Assembly (NCBI GenBank): GCA_964016885.1
Contig: OZ024740.1
Location: 339,822,001-339,886,000, forward strand
From: Eledone cirrhosa
Taxonomy: Eukaryota
Direction: 5' to 3'
Length of the DNA stretch: 64,000 bases
The position numbers were made by a program, and so were the translations under genes. Shown here one piece after another: positions 51,505 through 64,000 of this stretch. The notes under the pieces are model-generated. The model made no database searches and had not been told where the DNA came from. It saw only the letters and a program-made list of their open reading frames with translations. Numbering within the stretch: position 1 is the first letter of the stretch; every line of letters starts with the position of its first letter.

Positions 51505-53129
51505 ATATTTGTGTGTGTGTGTGCATACATCATACATTTACATATATATATATATAATAGAGGGGTGGGAAAAACATGTTACTTGTCTTGTTTACATGAA
51601 ATGATGTCACTAAACAAACTACAAAAACTATATAATTAGAGAAGGGGCCATAATATAAATATCTTGGTGAAATTCAATATGGAACCTATTTTACTTTTGT
51701 TTTACAAACATACTAATTTATTTGATAATTTTTCTCATAATCCAAATTGCAATCTGTACTTGGTCACATCAAATCATAAATTAATGGTTATTTATCATTT
51801 TGCTGCAAGAATAATTTTGCAAATAAAACCATTTTTGTACTAACACTATGTGTGATGAAATTTGCACTTGCTTTACTTAAACTATTCACTAGTAGTTATT
51901 CAGCTGTTCAAAATATGTATTTTTTCTTTCTTTCATTCAACTCATTAAGGAATCAGTACTTAGAAATTCATATTCACCAGAATTACTTTTCATACTTTCA
52001 ATGGAACTATTATACACAGAATGTTCCATTCAAGGTCACTATGCTGGTTATTCCATGAAACCTATTGATGTAGAGCCGTAGAACTATAATGATAAAGATA
52101 GCAATAACATGTACTTTACCATCATAGCTTCCATATGAATCTGTGTTCCAGTGACTCAATATACAGGCTGGACTGCTTAAATTTGGAAAGCGTGGAACAA
52201 GGCCATTACTCGACCATGGAAAATGCCAGCAAATGGGAAATTTACTCTTAAGGAAATCTCTTATATAAACATAGTCCTGTGAAACCCAGAACAAAATATA
52301 AAATAGGAGATAATACAACCAATAATGCTTCCAAATAGATTTTTTATTGTTTTGTGTAATCATCATCATCATCATCTTCATCATCATCAAACATCCGTTT
52401 TCTCTGCAAGTATTGGATGGGTTGTCATAGACCAAATCAGTACTTAATTCCTTCTACAGACTTCTCAGATAGACAAGGGGCACACATCTTGCTTACATAT
52501 ATTCCCACACTCTACGGAATCCTCTTGACTCTCCTTTGATTGGCAAGTTTTCTATGGCTGGATTCCCTTCCAATCATTAACTCCTTTACAGAATGTACTG
52601 GGTGTGCTGATCAGGTCACTAATATTATAGAGGTTGTAATACAAAGTTTCAAGCCAAAAATAATAATATATGGTAAAATTAATTGCCCTATGATCAGCAC
52701 TGTATCAACCTAACTCTTGGCTGCAGTACACAATGTTTGGTGGCTCAATGCTACTAACAGCCCCCGTCCCCTCCCCTGGTGGATGATTCAAAACATACTA
52801 AGCCATGGGAGTTGTCAAAGCATAGAGTGCTGGATTTAAGGAATCTAACCTATACTAGAAATATTAACCTTTTCCTTATTATATGAAAGACACTGCCTTA
52901 TGACTGCAATGGATTTTGAACGATTTTGTAATATAACTAACTTTCTCATTATTAAGCTATAGTCCTTACGGGGTCGATAAAATAAAGTACCAGTAATGTA
53001 CTGGGTAATTGCTGGCCTTGTGCCAAAAGTAGAAACAATTATTAAGCTATAGTTTGAATATAACTTAACAAAGATTCATACATAAAATTATGATGGAAGT
53101 TTATTTTTAAATAAGTATAAACACTTTAA

Positions 53130-53345
53130 CCCTTTAGCATTTAAACCCGCTGTATCCGGCCAGAACTTTCACACCTCTTTCTGTTCAACCGACCATAACA
53201 TCCACTCATTCTGATGTTACGGTATTGTTCTCAAAATAAATATCAAAATCTCATAGATTCGATATTATATAAGATAATTATGTGAGGTAAAGCGTTTACC
53301 ACAAAAATACAATAGCAAATATAGATTAATCCAAATGCTAAAATG
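53130..53345. mobile_element. piggyBac-type MITE, opposite orientation to 58741-58957
   Basis: TTAA|CCCTTTAGCATTT...AAATGCTAAAATG|TTAA. Confidence 0.75.
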
Positions 53346-54257
53346 TTAAAAGAAACAGTTTTTTATCATACATCTAAGGGCAGTTTCAGGTGGATCTGTT
53401 TCAAAAGGATGATCTGAATACAACCCTTGATAATGCTGTTTTTGATTTTAATTTCTATTTTTGTTGTTACTCATTTTAAATTGAGTTTTGACCTTTACGC
53501 TGTAACTAAAGACTTTACATAACCAGATTTGTCATTTCCACCAGTTCTATTACTATGTTTTTAATTGGTTATCATTTATATGCAGCAAGATGTTAAATAT
53601 TCTAAGGCATCAATTAATATTTTTAGCACCTAACCAGAATTTCTGCATAACTAGCTACCAAGCTATTCTTATCTTTAACCACTATTTCAACTGAGTAATC
53701 TTTAGTATCAGATGGCTGTTAATTTATTGTCAAAGACAGTGTTATAAAAATAGTCAACATTTTTAGAATTATCTCATCCAAATGTGGAGTGAGAAAATTA
53801 TAAGGAAAATAAGAATTTTCTGTGTTCAGGGGAAATAATCTTTTTTTTTTCTTTTTTGTGTAAATTGTGAACAGCTTTTCTTTCAAATATGGTATACTAA
53901 TCCCTTTGATGCTAACCAACACTGAATCACTTATAGTTCAATTAAACAAAACCATTCATTTTAAAGATTTCCAATTTTAAAGTGTTCCAAAATGATTTGA
54001 TATAAGAACCTTTTATGTTACAAATACCATCTCAATAATGAAATTTTTAATAATTTTAGTAAATACCTGCAAATTCTTCATTAATTAATTTAAATATTGC
54101 ATATTTCATTATAAATCCTTTTTATGATATAGATATGACTATGTTCAAGGTTTAATATTTTCTATTAAGGAGTTTTTCATATTTCCTTTTTTTTTTATAT
54201 TTGGTTTATTTATAAACATTTTAAAATTAATATTCATTCTCTGTTTTCCATTGACAG

Positions 54258-54400
54258 TTGCTGATAACCTTCTGTTCTACACACTTACTGGAACTGGTCA
54301 AGTTGGTTTCCATGCCATTGATTGGCCAGTCACTCCTTATTTAACATTAGTTGGATGGAGCACAAACCCCAGTGCTATTACCTATGACCCCATTGAAAAA
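54258..54400 (+). CDS. LRP-like gene, exon d (start of the next propeller)
   Basis: ttccattgacag / gtaaga; (V)ADNLLFYTLTGTGQVGF..NPSAITYDPIEK; phase 1 to 0. Confidence 0.9.
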
Positions 54401-56167
54401 GTAAGACATATTATGTGTTGTTGTTGTTTTTAAACAAAGGAGACTAACAAGATGCTGTATACATTTTACTCAATGACTTCAATATTGATTACCATCTAAT
54501 TAGTTAAAGTAGCCTCTAAACCGGTATTTGAATATAGATGCCATTTTTTTTGTTTCCTGCTAAATCACAGGGAAAAAATTCAAAGACAAAATTTCATCTA
54601 AATTCTTTCTAAACAGATGTATTTTATGTTGCTAGTAAATACACCATCAAATTACAACTAATTATTACCATGCATGACCATTACCAAAGACTTGTAGAGA
54701 ATGAAAACTTTAATGTAGTTTCAAAGTAGAATATTATGTAAATATGTACAACAGTAAAAGTGAGATCTTTAAGGAGAAATTGTTTGATCATTGCAAACAA
54801 TTGCTATCCTGTCAAATCTGATTAGTGAGGCTTATTCAAAAGCTATGTTGTTACTTCTCATTTCCTCTCATGTTACACAATCTCCTTCATTCTTATTGGG
54901 TTATGCTCATTAAATCGGAACTGAAGTTCTATATATCGACCTCTACTACTCTGAACTCCAGTAAATGTAAACTGATTTTGTATGATCACTATCTCCACTA
55001 ACTGCGTACTGAGACTATGGTGTAGTGACTACCAAACTAGCTCATCCAGTGGCTTGTATGATTGGTAAGACTAGAGGTAGTGGTTTACTATTTTAGCTGC
55101 CAAAATGGCATTCTCTGCTTGACAGCTGATAATGATGGTTATAGCATGTGATTCTGCATGTTGTATTATGTTGAGGATATGAATATAATATGACTATGTA
55201 TATATATATAAATGCTTATATATATGATGTGTATTAGGAAGGACTGCTTAAACATATTCAAGAAGTTTTGCTTAGATATAACTATTATTACCAACTTAAT
55301 AGCCTACGTTCCTAGATATTGAACTAGATCTGCAGATATATAAGAACTATTTACATAGGAAAACAAATGAGAATACTGTATATATGCATAAAAGCTTACC
55401 ACTAGCAACTTCAAGGGATCAAACAATCAATATTTGAATTCCTTTAGGTCTAGAAATAGAATAAACTTCACTTTCATGGCTCATTTTGTTTGGAAGTTGA
55501 GATAAAGGCCTCGATTAACCAATTATAAATTGAAACACTGTCAGAATTCCTCATTAGAATTGTATAACTGAAAATTCTGGTTGATTGAGAAATTCTACAT
55601 ACCAAAGCAACTTACAATATTCTTCAACAGAAAATTTGTGGTGATTTCCAATTGTTGTCACAGGCACTTCAACTAATTGATCTCTATAATAACGTCAGTC
55701 AACAGCTGCAACAGAGAAGGAGGAGTAGATTTCCATGCTATTGAAAAATAATCTTGCTCAGGCTGCTTAATTTACATATTTGTAGCACTATATAGGATCT
55801 AAGGTCAGTAGCCTGAAACAAATTTTTACCATGTGACCTGACTCAACCAAGAGACTAAGGCTATGAACGACTACTACTGGCCTGCCCTTCATGTCACATG
55901 TGGCTAGAAATTCATTCTTAGTGAACACCTGAATTATTAGATATGTGTTTTATGAGTCTATGAAACTCCAAATATTGAACATTTGTGTCAACTGTTCATC
56001 CACTTCAAACTGCATTGTGTATGCTCTTTTCTTTCATTTGTACATATAAAAATACATGTATGTGTCTAATAAGCAATGTTTTGTGCCAGAGGTTTGAAAG
56101 ACTTAGTAGTCCATTCTTCATGCTGTTTCAAAGTAGAACAAATGAAAACCATTTCCTTCACTTTCAG

Positions 56168-56276
56168 ATTGTCTATTGGAGTGACGTCACAGAACATGCC
56201 ATTTATACATCAAATCTTGATGGATCAAACAGAAATATTTTCTTGAACGCCTCCCATGGCATAGCAATAGTCGATG
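56168..56276 (+). CDS. LRP-like gene, exon e (YWSD repeat)
   Basis: cttcactttcag / gttggt; IVYWSDVTEHAIYTSNLDGSNRNIFLNASHGIAIVD; phase 0 to 1. Confidence 0.93.
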
Positions 56277-56907
56277 GTTGGTATACCTTTGATCTTAATT
56301 TTCTGTATCACCCGGAGTAAATAGTCAAATCTAAATAAAAGAAATATCAATGATAAAAATAATCTCAATATTTATCTTGGAAATTATTCCTACTAAGTTT
56401 GAATTTATTTATAATGATGATTACTTGTCTCCAGACATACTTCCTCTATTCTTTTCCCAGTAAAATCTATAATTGTTCTCCCACAGTTCATTAACAAATG
56501 TTATTGCTTAATACAGCCAGATTCTAAATGATTAGAGATTTCTGAATCAAACTTGACTTAATCTTGTGTTATTAGTACATGGTAACTCTATTAATATGAA
56601 TTGATTCAAACACCCCAGTGTTCATATATCAGACAACCTTTCCCCAACTTAATATTCACCCTGCTTGATAAATAAAACATTTTTAAAGCCTGGCAATTAC
56701 TTTATTTTCTTTGAAAGTTAAGGAAATTTTAATTCAACAGTGATGTGCTGAAGAACTTTTATCATTTCCTCATTTCAATCTATTATTACAAAATCAATAT
56801 CACTGTATGGCTTGGTAACATGACAACTCAAAAGTGCAAATCTCTTTAGATCAATGTGCTCACAGCTGGGAAAATGATTAGCATTGTTCTCCCCAACCCA
56901 TAAGGTT

Positions 56908-58160
56908 ATCATATGTATCTATATTTCAAATATCTACACATCAGTACTGACCTTATATACCACATGTGTCTATATTTCTCAGATTTACATATTCCTGCTG
57001 ACCTTATATATCACATGTGTCTATATTTCTCAGATCTACACATCAGTACTGACCTTATATATCACATGTGTCTATATTTCTCAGATCTACACATCAGTAC
57101 TGACCTTATATATCACATGTGTCTATATTTCAAATATCTACACATCAGTACTGACCTTATATACCACATGTGTCTATATTTCAAATATCTACACATCAGT
57201 ACTGACCTTATATACCACATGTATCTATATTTCTCAGATTTACATATTCCTGCTGACCTTATGTACCACATGTGTCTATATTTCTGAGATCTACACATCA
57301 GTACTGACCTTATATACCACAAGTGTCTATATTTCTCACATTTACACATCAGTACTGACCTTATATATCACATGTGTCTATATTTCTCAGATCTACATAT
57401 TCCTGCTGATCTTATATATCACATGTGTCTATATTTCTCAGATCTACACACCAGTACTGACCTTATATATCACGTGTCTATATTTCTCAGATTTACACAT
57501 CAGTACTGACCTTATATACCACATGTGTCTATATTTCTCAGATCTACACAACAGTACTGACCTTATATATCACGTGTCTATATTTCTCAGATCTACACAA
57601 CAGTACTGACCTTATATATCACGTGTCTATATTTCTCAGATCTACACATCAGTACTGACCTTATATATCACGTGTCTATATTTCTCAGATCTACACAACA
57701 GTACTGACCTTATATATCACGTGTCTATATTTCTCAGATCTACACATCAGTACTGACCTTATATATCACATGTGTCTATATTTCTCAGATCTACATATTC
57801 CTGCTGATCTTATATATCACGTGTGTCTATATTTCTCAGATCTACATATTCCTGCTGATCTTATATATCACGTGTCTATATTTCTCAGATCTACACAACA
57901 GTACTGACCTTATATATCATGTGTCTATATTTCTCAGATCTACACATCAGTACTGACCTTATATACCACATGTGTCTATATTTCTCGATCTACACAACAG
58001 TACTGACCTTATATACCACATGTGTCTATATTTCTCAGATCTACATATTCCTGCTGACCTTATATACCACAAGTGTCTATATTTCTCAGATCTACATATT
58101 CCTGCTGATCTTATATACCACATGTGTCTATATTTCAAATATCCACATATCCCTGCTAAC
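56908..58160. repeat. 51-bp minisatellite (some 49-bp units), about 25 copies
   Basis: Unit ATCACATGTGTCTATATTTCTCAGATCTACACATCAGTACTGACCTTATAT; gives the 17-aa periodicity in the ORF track. Confidence 0.97.
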
Positions 58161-58740
58161 CTTAGCTACCTTGTTGCAAAACCTCCAAATTAATTTCCTG
58201 AAAATAATCATTAACAGTTTCAAAAACAGCGTTTTTTTCCTCCCCACTGCTGTAAACATCTTGAAGCAACAATAATCAGAAAGCTCTTAACATCTACTAT
58301 TTCTACTTAATTTTCTGTTGTTGTTTTATCTATGCTATCTTTACTCATGCTTGACCATATGATAGTGGGGTGTCAGTGAACATGTTTACATGGGCCTGTG
58401 ATCTTGAGGTGGTAGGGTACTTACCTCAAGTTCTAATTCTTTTATTCTGTTCTGTTATATGTGTATATTATATACACTACATGTACATGCTTGTGACTCA
58501 TACATACATCATATGTATTTAGCTCTGGTTACTAAAATATTTTATGATCAATTTAAAATGGGACCAATATTTCACACTGGACCAGCTTTGGGGGCTTACA
58601 TTTTACATCTAGCTTTGACCTTATTACCACTTTTGCACCACCTGTCTCTACTATATACAATATATTTTGGATCTAGCTTTTATCCTCTATCAAACCAAAT
58701 TCGATGTTATACCATGCTACAAATAATGCCTATTATTTAA

Positions 58741-58957
58741 CCCTTTAGCATTTACATTACCCTATATATTTATTATTGTATTTTCACAGTAAAGGCTTTA
58801 TCTCATATCTCACATAATATCAAATCTATGAGATTTTGATATTATTTATTTTGAGAACAATACCTTAACATCAGTATGAGTAACCAGTTACATCCAGTTT
58901 GAACAGAAAGAAATGAGAGAATTCTGGTTGGATACAACCGGTTTAAATGCTAAAGGG
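58741..58957. mobile_element. piggyBac-type MITE; a shorter element with similar ends lies at 61223-61359
   Basis: 14-bp TIR CCCTTTAGCATTTA / TAAATGCTAAAGGG with TTAA on both sides. Confidence 0.85.
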
Positions 58958-59424
58958 TTAAGATAATATACATCCAAGTTACATACAAGCATGAACACAG
59001 GTATGGCTATGTGGTTAAAAAGTTTGTTTTGCAACTACATGGTTTCAGGTTGGACTCCACTACATGACACCATGGCTAAGTGTCTTTTACCATAATCTTG
59101 CATTAACCAAAATCTTGTGAATGAAATTTGGTAACTAAGAACTGAGCAGAAGTTTATTGTAAGGATCCTTTATGTTCATGGATGGAAGACATAACCTATC
59201 ACTGCTTTAAAAGCAGCACCTCAGTCTCAGATGACTTTAGTAAAATCCAATCTGTTACGTCCCCAGTCTGAGGATAACTTCCTACCCCACCCACCAGTCA
59301 CAGAGACTCTGGGAAAGGAATGTTGCTGGTTCCCTTCCTTCTCAATCTAAGTTATGAAAATTATTTTTTTAACCTAACAAAACAAGAAAATAATGTCACC
59401 ATCGGTAGAGTCAAATCCAACCAA

Positions 59425-59853
59425 ATTTTTTTTGACAGGCAGATGGGGCCTCCTAGCCAATGGGGCCCTGTACTTAAGCACACTTAAGCACAGGGCCCCC
59501 TTGCCAATGTGGCCTTGTGCTTAAGCACACTTAAGCACAGGGCCCCCTGGCCAATGTGGCCTTGTGCTTAAGCACACTTAAGCACAATGGTAAATCTGGC
59601 ACTGACATTACAACAAGGAATGCTGGTGTTTCCTTCTAAAACCTTTTGAGGCAAACCAAGTGTGCTTAAACACAAGGCCACATTGGCCAAGGGGCCCTGT
59701 TCTTAAGTGTGCTTAAGTACAGGGCCCCATTGGCTAGGAGGCCCCATCTGACTGTCAAAAAAATGTTTATGATGAATTTTTCAAATGTCAAACGTTCAAA
59801 GGGGCCTCATAACTTAACTAACACTGGGCCCCATTGTCCTAAATCCAGCACTG
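59425..59853. mobile_element. Two inverted partial copies of a non-autonomous DNA element (TIR-like TAAATCYRGCACTG) with an internal 47-bp tandem repeat
   Basis: 59425-59532 is the reverse complement of 59658-59764; TIR-like ends at 59604 and 59853. Confidence 0.7.
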
Positions 59854-60031
59854 TATAGTGTATATATCTTTTGAATTCGGGGAGAGTCTTCATTCTTTTC
59901 TCTTCTTTCTGACTCCTTCTTTATTGATTTCTTCCTTAAACATTATATAAGTAAATTGAACAATAAAAATAAATTCTATCCCTTACAACAAGCAAGATCA
60001 TATCTGAATGAATTTCTCTTATTTCTCCTAG

Positions 60032-60218
60032 GTTTAGCAATTGACTGGATACAGAGACGTCTGTACTTCACTAACCTTGGTCTATCCTTCCATGGTGTCG
60101 ATGGATCCACTTGTGCTTCTCATACCATTGAGATGGTAAGTTTGGATGGCAGAATCCGGCAGACCATTATTACTGACTTGCAGAAACCTCGTGGTATCAC
60201 TATTGATAACCAGAATGG
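60032..60218 (+). CDS. LRP-like gene, exon f (YWTD repeat)
   Basis: tttctcctag / gtaagt; (G)LAIDWIQRRLYFTN..IEMVSLDGRIRQTIITDLQKPRGITIDNQN; phase 1 to 2. Confidence 0.93.
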
Positions 60219-62205
60219 GTAAGTTTTCATTGTTGTTGTTTTTTTTGTTTTTTTCCAAGATTATCAAATATAATGTATGTGTATGATTGGAACTATGTAT
60301 GTGTGTGTTATTGTTTTTCTTCTTGTTGCTGTGGTTCTTTAGCTCTATATTAACCATAATCAAGCAGGCCTGTGATCAAATGTATTTCAAGCATGACCAT
60401 TTCATCTTCTTAGGTGTCTGTCTGTAAGACTAGATATCTAGTCTGTTCTTTCTTTATTTAAGTTGAGAATGCAAGCTGAGGGAGATTTGGCTGTTATTTC
60501 TAACAGTTCAGGTGACCACCTAAAGGCTCCCTTGATGACTCAATAAAGGTTCCCTCATTGACTAATGGTATGTTAGTACAACTGCATATGCATCTACATA
60601 TATCTGCATATATATGTAAGGAGTGGTGCAGGCAAGAAGACAATAGATACACTGCATGATATCTGTCTACTCAGATCTGTGCGGGGGTCATATTAACCCA
60701 TGGTCAGGCTCCTAAACTTTCCAGTATTTTATACCCCTTCTGATACTTTCACCTCAATACAGTAAAATCATGGTCCTTTTTCCTTGTAAATCCCCTGAGC
60801 TTCAGCCTAGTCAGCCTTATGAATAATAGAACTCTGGTTCAGAGTTAATTCTTTTGCCACCATATTTTAATGAAACTCACTGCCTATGATTTTAAAATAA
60901 TTTTGAAAATAATATAACTAACTTTCTCATTATTTATCTGGTGTTTAAAATATAAATTAACAAATGTTCTTATAAAGAATTACGATGAAAGGTTTTAGAT
61001 AACTTTAAACATTTGAAAATAAACAGCTTAGTATAATAGAAACTAGTGAGATTTCAGGCAGTTTGGTATCAAAAAGGTTAAATAATTTTCTGACACTAAC
61101 AAATAAAATAGTCCATTGCAATGCAGTCTTGATCTCCAACTACAACATCTGACCTCCATGAATGTCTATTAGAATTTGTAAAAGCTGCTGTTTGTTGTTA
61201 TTATTGTGCTTAAATTGCTTAACCCTTTTAGCATTATACTCTGTTTGACTATATAGCAAAAAATCACAGTAAGTTTCTTAAAAGCAAAAAAAAAATCTAT
61301 GTAGTGTTTTTCCCTATTTTTATTGAGTTTGATGTATCATTTTCATAGTGCTATAAGGGTTAATATTCTTTTGTTCTTTTAGTGATTTCAATCATGTTAA
61401 GCCCCTAAGTTACTGGATAGATTCAGCTATGAACAAAAACATAGGCATTAACAGACGCGCGCGTGTGTGTGTGTGTATACAACAGACTTCTGCAGTTTCC
61501 ATCTGCCAAATTCCCCTCACAAGACATTGATCAAATTGAGGCTATAGTAAGAGACACTTGCCCAAGATGCAGTGCAGTGTGACTGGCCCACAATCCCATG
61601 GTTGTGAAATAAACTCTTCAACTATACAGCCATGCCCACATATTTATCTGATGTAGTGGGGAGGGTTTATATTTGGCTAACCCTATGTTTCTGTGTATGT
61701 CTGTATATGGCTATGTTCATGTAAAAATATCTGTATTTCTGGTATTTGGGTCTTTGTTTATGTGTGTATGTCCACATTTCTGTTTGTAGGTCTGATCTCA
61801 TGTGTCTGTTTGTGTGTAGGGCTGTGTTTGTGTCTGAATATATGTATTTGTACCTGTATCTGAATGTCTGTGTGTATCTGAATATACCAGTATTTGTGAC
61901 AAATGCACACTCGCAAATATTTTGTCTTGTGTGTGTGTGTCTAAATATATCTGTATATGTGAGTGTATACATTTATATGTATATATGTGTATTTGGGTGA
62001 ATATGTCTGACTATGTGTAATTTTATGGTTGTACTATAGAGGTGTGGTAAAAGCAGAGCTATTTTCAATTTATGTTCAAATTCATTGATGATCAAATTCT
62101 ATACTTCTGTGAATAAATAGTTATTTTGGAATATTTAATTAAGCCACATATTTTCAACTCAATATATTCTACTACCATCTGATAATAACTATAATACCAA
62201 TAACT

Positions 62206-62251
62206 AGTAGTAGTGGTAGTGGTGGTGGTGGTGGTTGTAGCAGTGGTGGTG

Positions 62252-62303
<52 letters not shown>

Positions 62304-62322
62304 CAGCAGCAGCAGCAGTAGT
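62206..62322. repeat. Compound triplet microsatellite (TAG/TGG/CAG)
   Basis: Direct inspection. Confidence 0.9.
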
Positions 62323-62334
62323 CGTCCTCCCCCA

Positions 62335-62510
62335 CCAAAGAGTAAAGCGGATATTAAAATCCAAACTCAATGATATAAATATCATCAGTGCCATGAACTC
62401 ACACAGTACCGATCATCTGATATATTGTAGGAATAATAAAATGGACAAAGGAAGATCATGAAGAGTTAGAAAAACAAGGGAAGTAATGACAATCTACAGA
62501 GCCTTACATT
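62335..62510 (+). mobile_element. Small remnant resembling the post-RT region of R4/Dong-like non-LTR elements
   Basis: Across frameshifts: RVKRILKSKLN..NIISAMNS..GIIKWTKE..RKTREVMTIYRALH. Confidence 0.55.
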
Positions 62511-62512
62511 TA

Positions 62513-62990
62513 CTAGCAGAAAAACCACCCTTCGGGTGGTTTTCTGCTAGCATGTGTAATGTGTATATTGATATGATATGCAGGTATATACACATGTAGA
62601 TATGCTACATAAAATAAAATCGTAATTGACAATATATAATACATAGAAATTGAATGAAGACTGCATTACACTGTCTTATCTAATAAGTAACGTAATCGAT
62701 GATACATTTAAAAAAATGATATATATATATATATATATAAACTGCATTAGGAGAAAATTAGTATGTTTATTTAAGCGATGGTCAACCGGAAGTGTTAACA
62801 TTTCAGAAATTTTAAAGAAATTAATCTTTAAATAAACAAAATATATTTAATCAACAGCCACGATATTTAGTAGATAAATTATGTAATATTCATTCATTAT
62901 TTATTCAAAGTAATCCAACTTATTTTACTAATGGGACAAAAATTATAAACTGTAAGCAGTCCCGTGCTCCTTACTTTATTATAGTTTAGA
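62513..62990 (-). mobile_element. Complete non-autonomous Helitron
   Basis: Minus strand A|TCTAAACT...AAAACCACCC-gaa-GGGTGGTTTT-TCTG-CTAG|T: 5' TC, subterminal hairpin, 3' CTAG, inserted between A and T, no TSD. Confidence 0.85.
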
Positions 62991-63000
62991 TGGAAATAAC

Positions 63001-64000
63001 AATGGAAATGACAATGGGTTGGGTGGGGTAGGAATCATGGTAGCAGAAAAGTGGGCAGATAAGATAATAGACGTAAATAGAGTGAACGACAGAATAATTA
63101 AAATAAGACTTGTCCTCAATAAAACTACGGTGACAGTAATATCTGCGTACGCACCCCAATCCGGACTGCCCGGCGCTATAAAAGACAGATTCTACGAGAC
63201 ACTGATGCTCGCTACCTCCCAAATAACCGACAGCGACTATATAGTTATTGCAGGCGACCTAAATGGTCACGTTGGACAACATTGTGACGGCTATGACGGA
63301 ATCCATGGAGACTATGGGTTCGGTACTAGAAATGAGGAAGGCTCCAGAATCCTGGAATTCTGCGACGCAAATAACTTAACTATCTGTAACACTAACTTCA
63401 AAAAACGAGACAATCACTTGATCACCTATAGATCAGGGGAACACACAAGCCAGGTAGATTATATCCTTACCAGAAGACGTGACAGAGTGTCTGTTGTTAA
63501 CACTAAATCCCACCCCCATGAAGAATTCACCTCCCAACATAGACTGATAATTAGCGACCTCATAGTCAGGACGAGACGTACTAGACAGCGGAAGAGGACT
63601 ATCCTCAGGAGAAAAATATGGAAGCTAAAGGACCCCATAGCCAGAAATAAATTTCAAAGCATATTACTTGACGCTTTCGACAGTAAGGAAGAGAAATTAG
63701 AGTCGTATAATATAGAGGAACAGTGGGAATTCCTGAGAGCAAACCTGCTGACGGCGGCAGACGAAGTCTGTGGCTGGAGCAGGCCTGTAGGTAGGAGGAG
63801 AGTAACATGGTGGTGGAACAGTAAGGTGGAGGAGTCAATTAAGGCCAAAAAGCAGGCTTGGAAAGTATGGCGGGATGGGGGAAGTAGAGAAGACTATCAA
63901 GTGGCCAGGAGGGAAGCTAGGAGACAAGTGTACTTCGCAAGAAGGGAAGCAGAGGAAAGAAAGTTCAAGCATGTTCTACAACGTGAGGACCAAAAACGTG
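63001..64000 (+). mobile_element. Young RTE-clade LINE: AP endonuclease and linker, frame open to the window end
   Basis: GGVGIMV, VNDRII, ISAYAPQ, IAGDLNGHVG, RNEEG.RILEFC, QVDYIL, SQHRLII, TWWWN; no stop in 333 codons; not in the ORF track because it is unterminated. Confidence 0.95.

Noticed and set aside
56884-58275. 17-aa repeat protein or CRISPR-like array
   Set aside because: Intronic tandem repeat with frame-breaking 49-bp units and no spacers
63955-64000. Window-end RTE sequence matches the 5' truncation point of the copy at 32362
   Set aside because: The copies differ in sequence and the overlap follows from where the window ends

Overview
AT-rich, repeat-dense eukaryotic DNA. The SINE types, RTE/Penelope load and long (TA)n tracts suggest an octopod cephalopod (inference). 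Six phase-compatible GT-AG exons on the + strand (37133-60218) encode part of an LDL-receptor-family-like protein: the end of one YWTD beta-propeller, an EGF domain, and the start of a second propeller. Both ends of the gene lie outside the window. The rest appears intronic and contains three head-to-tail Tx1/L1-type LINE copies embedded in (TCTA)n, two RTE LINE subfamilies with a partner CORE-SINE, Penelope remnants carrying minimal hammerhead-ribozyme motifs, a mariner, a DD37D (maT) transposon, TTAA-flanked MITEs, a non-autonomous Helitron, and several mini- and microsatellites. The best leads are apparent (GATA/TCTA)n targeting by a Tx1 family, a cluster of variant hammerheads in inverted repeats at 32.7-33.6 kb, and many intronic inverted repeats. 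Most long ORFs in the supplied track are microsatellite artefacts. All alignments and folds were done by eye.
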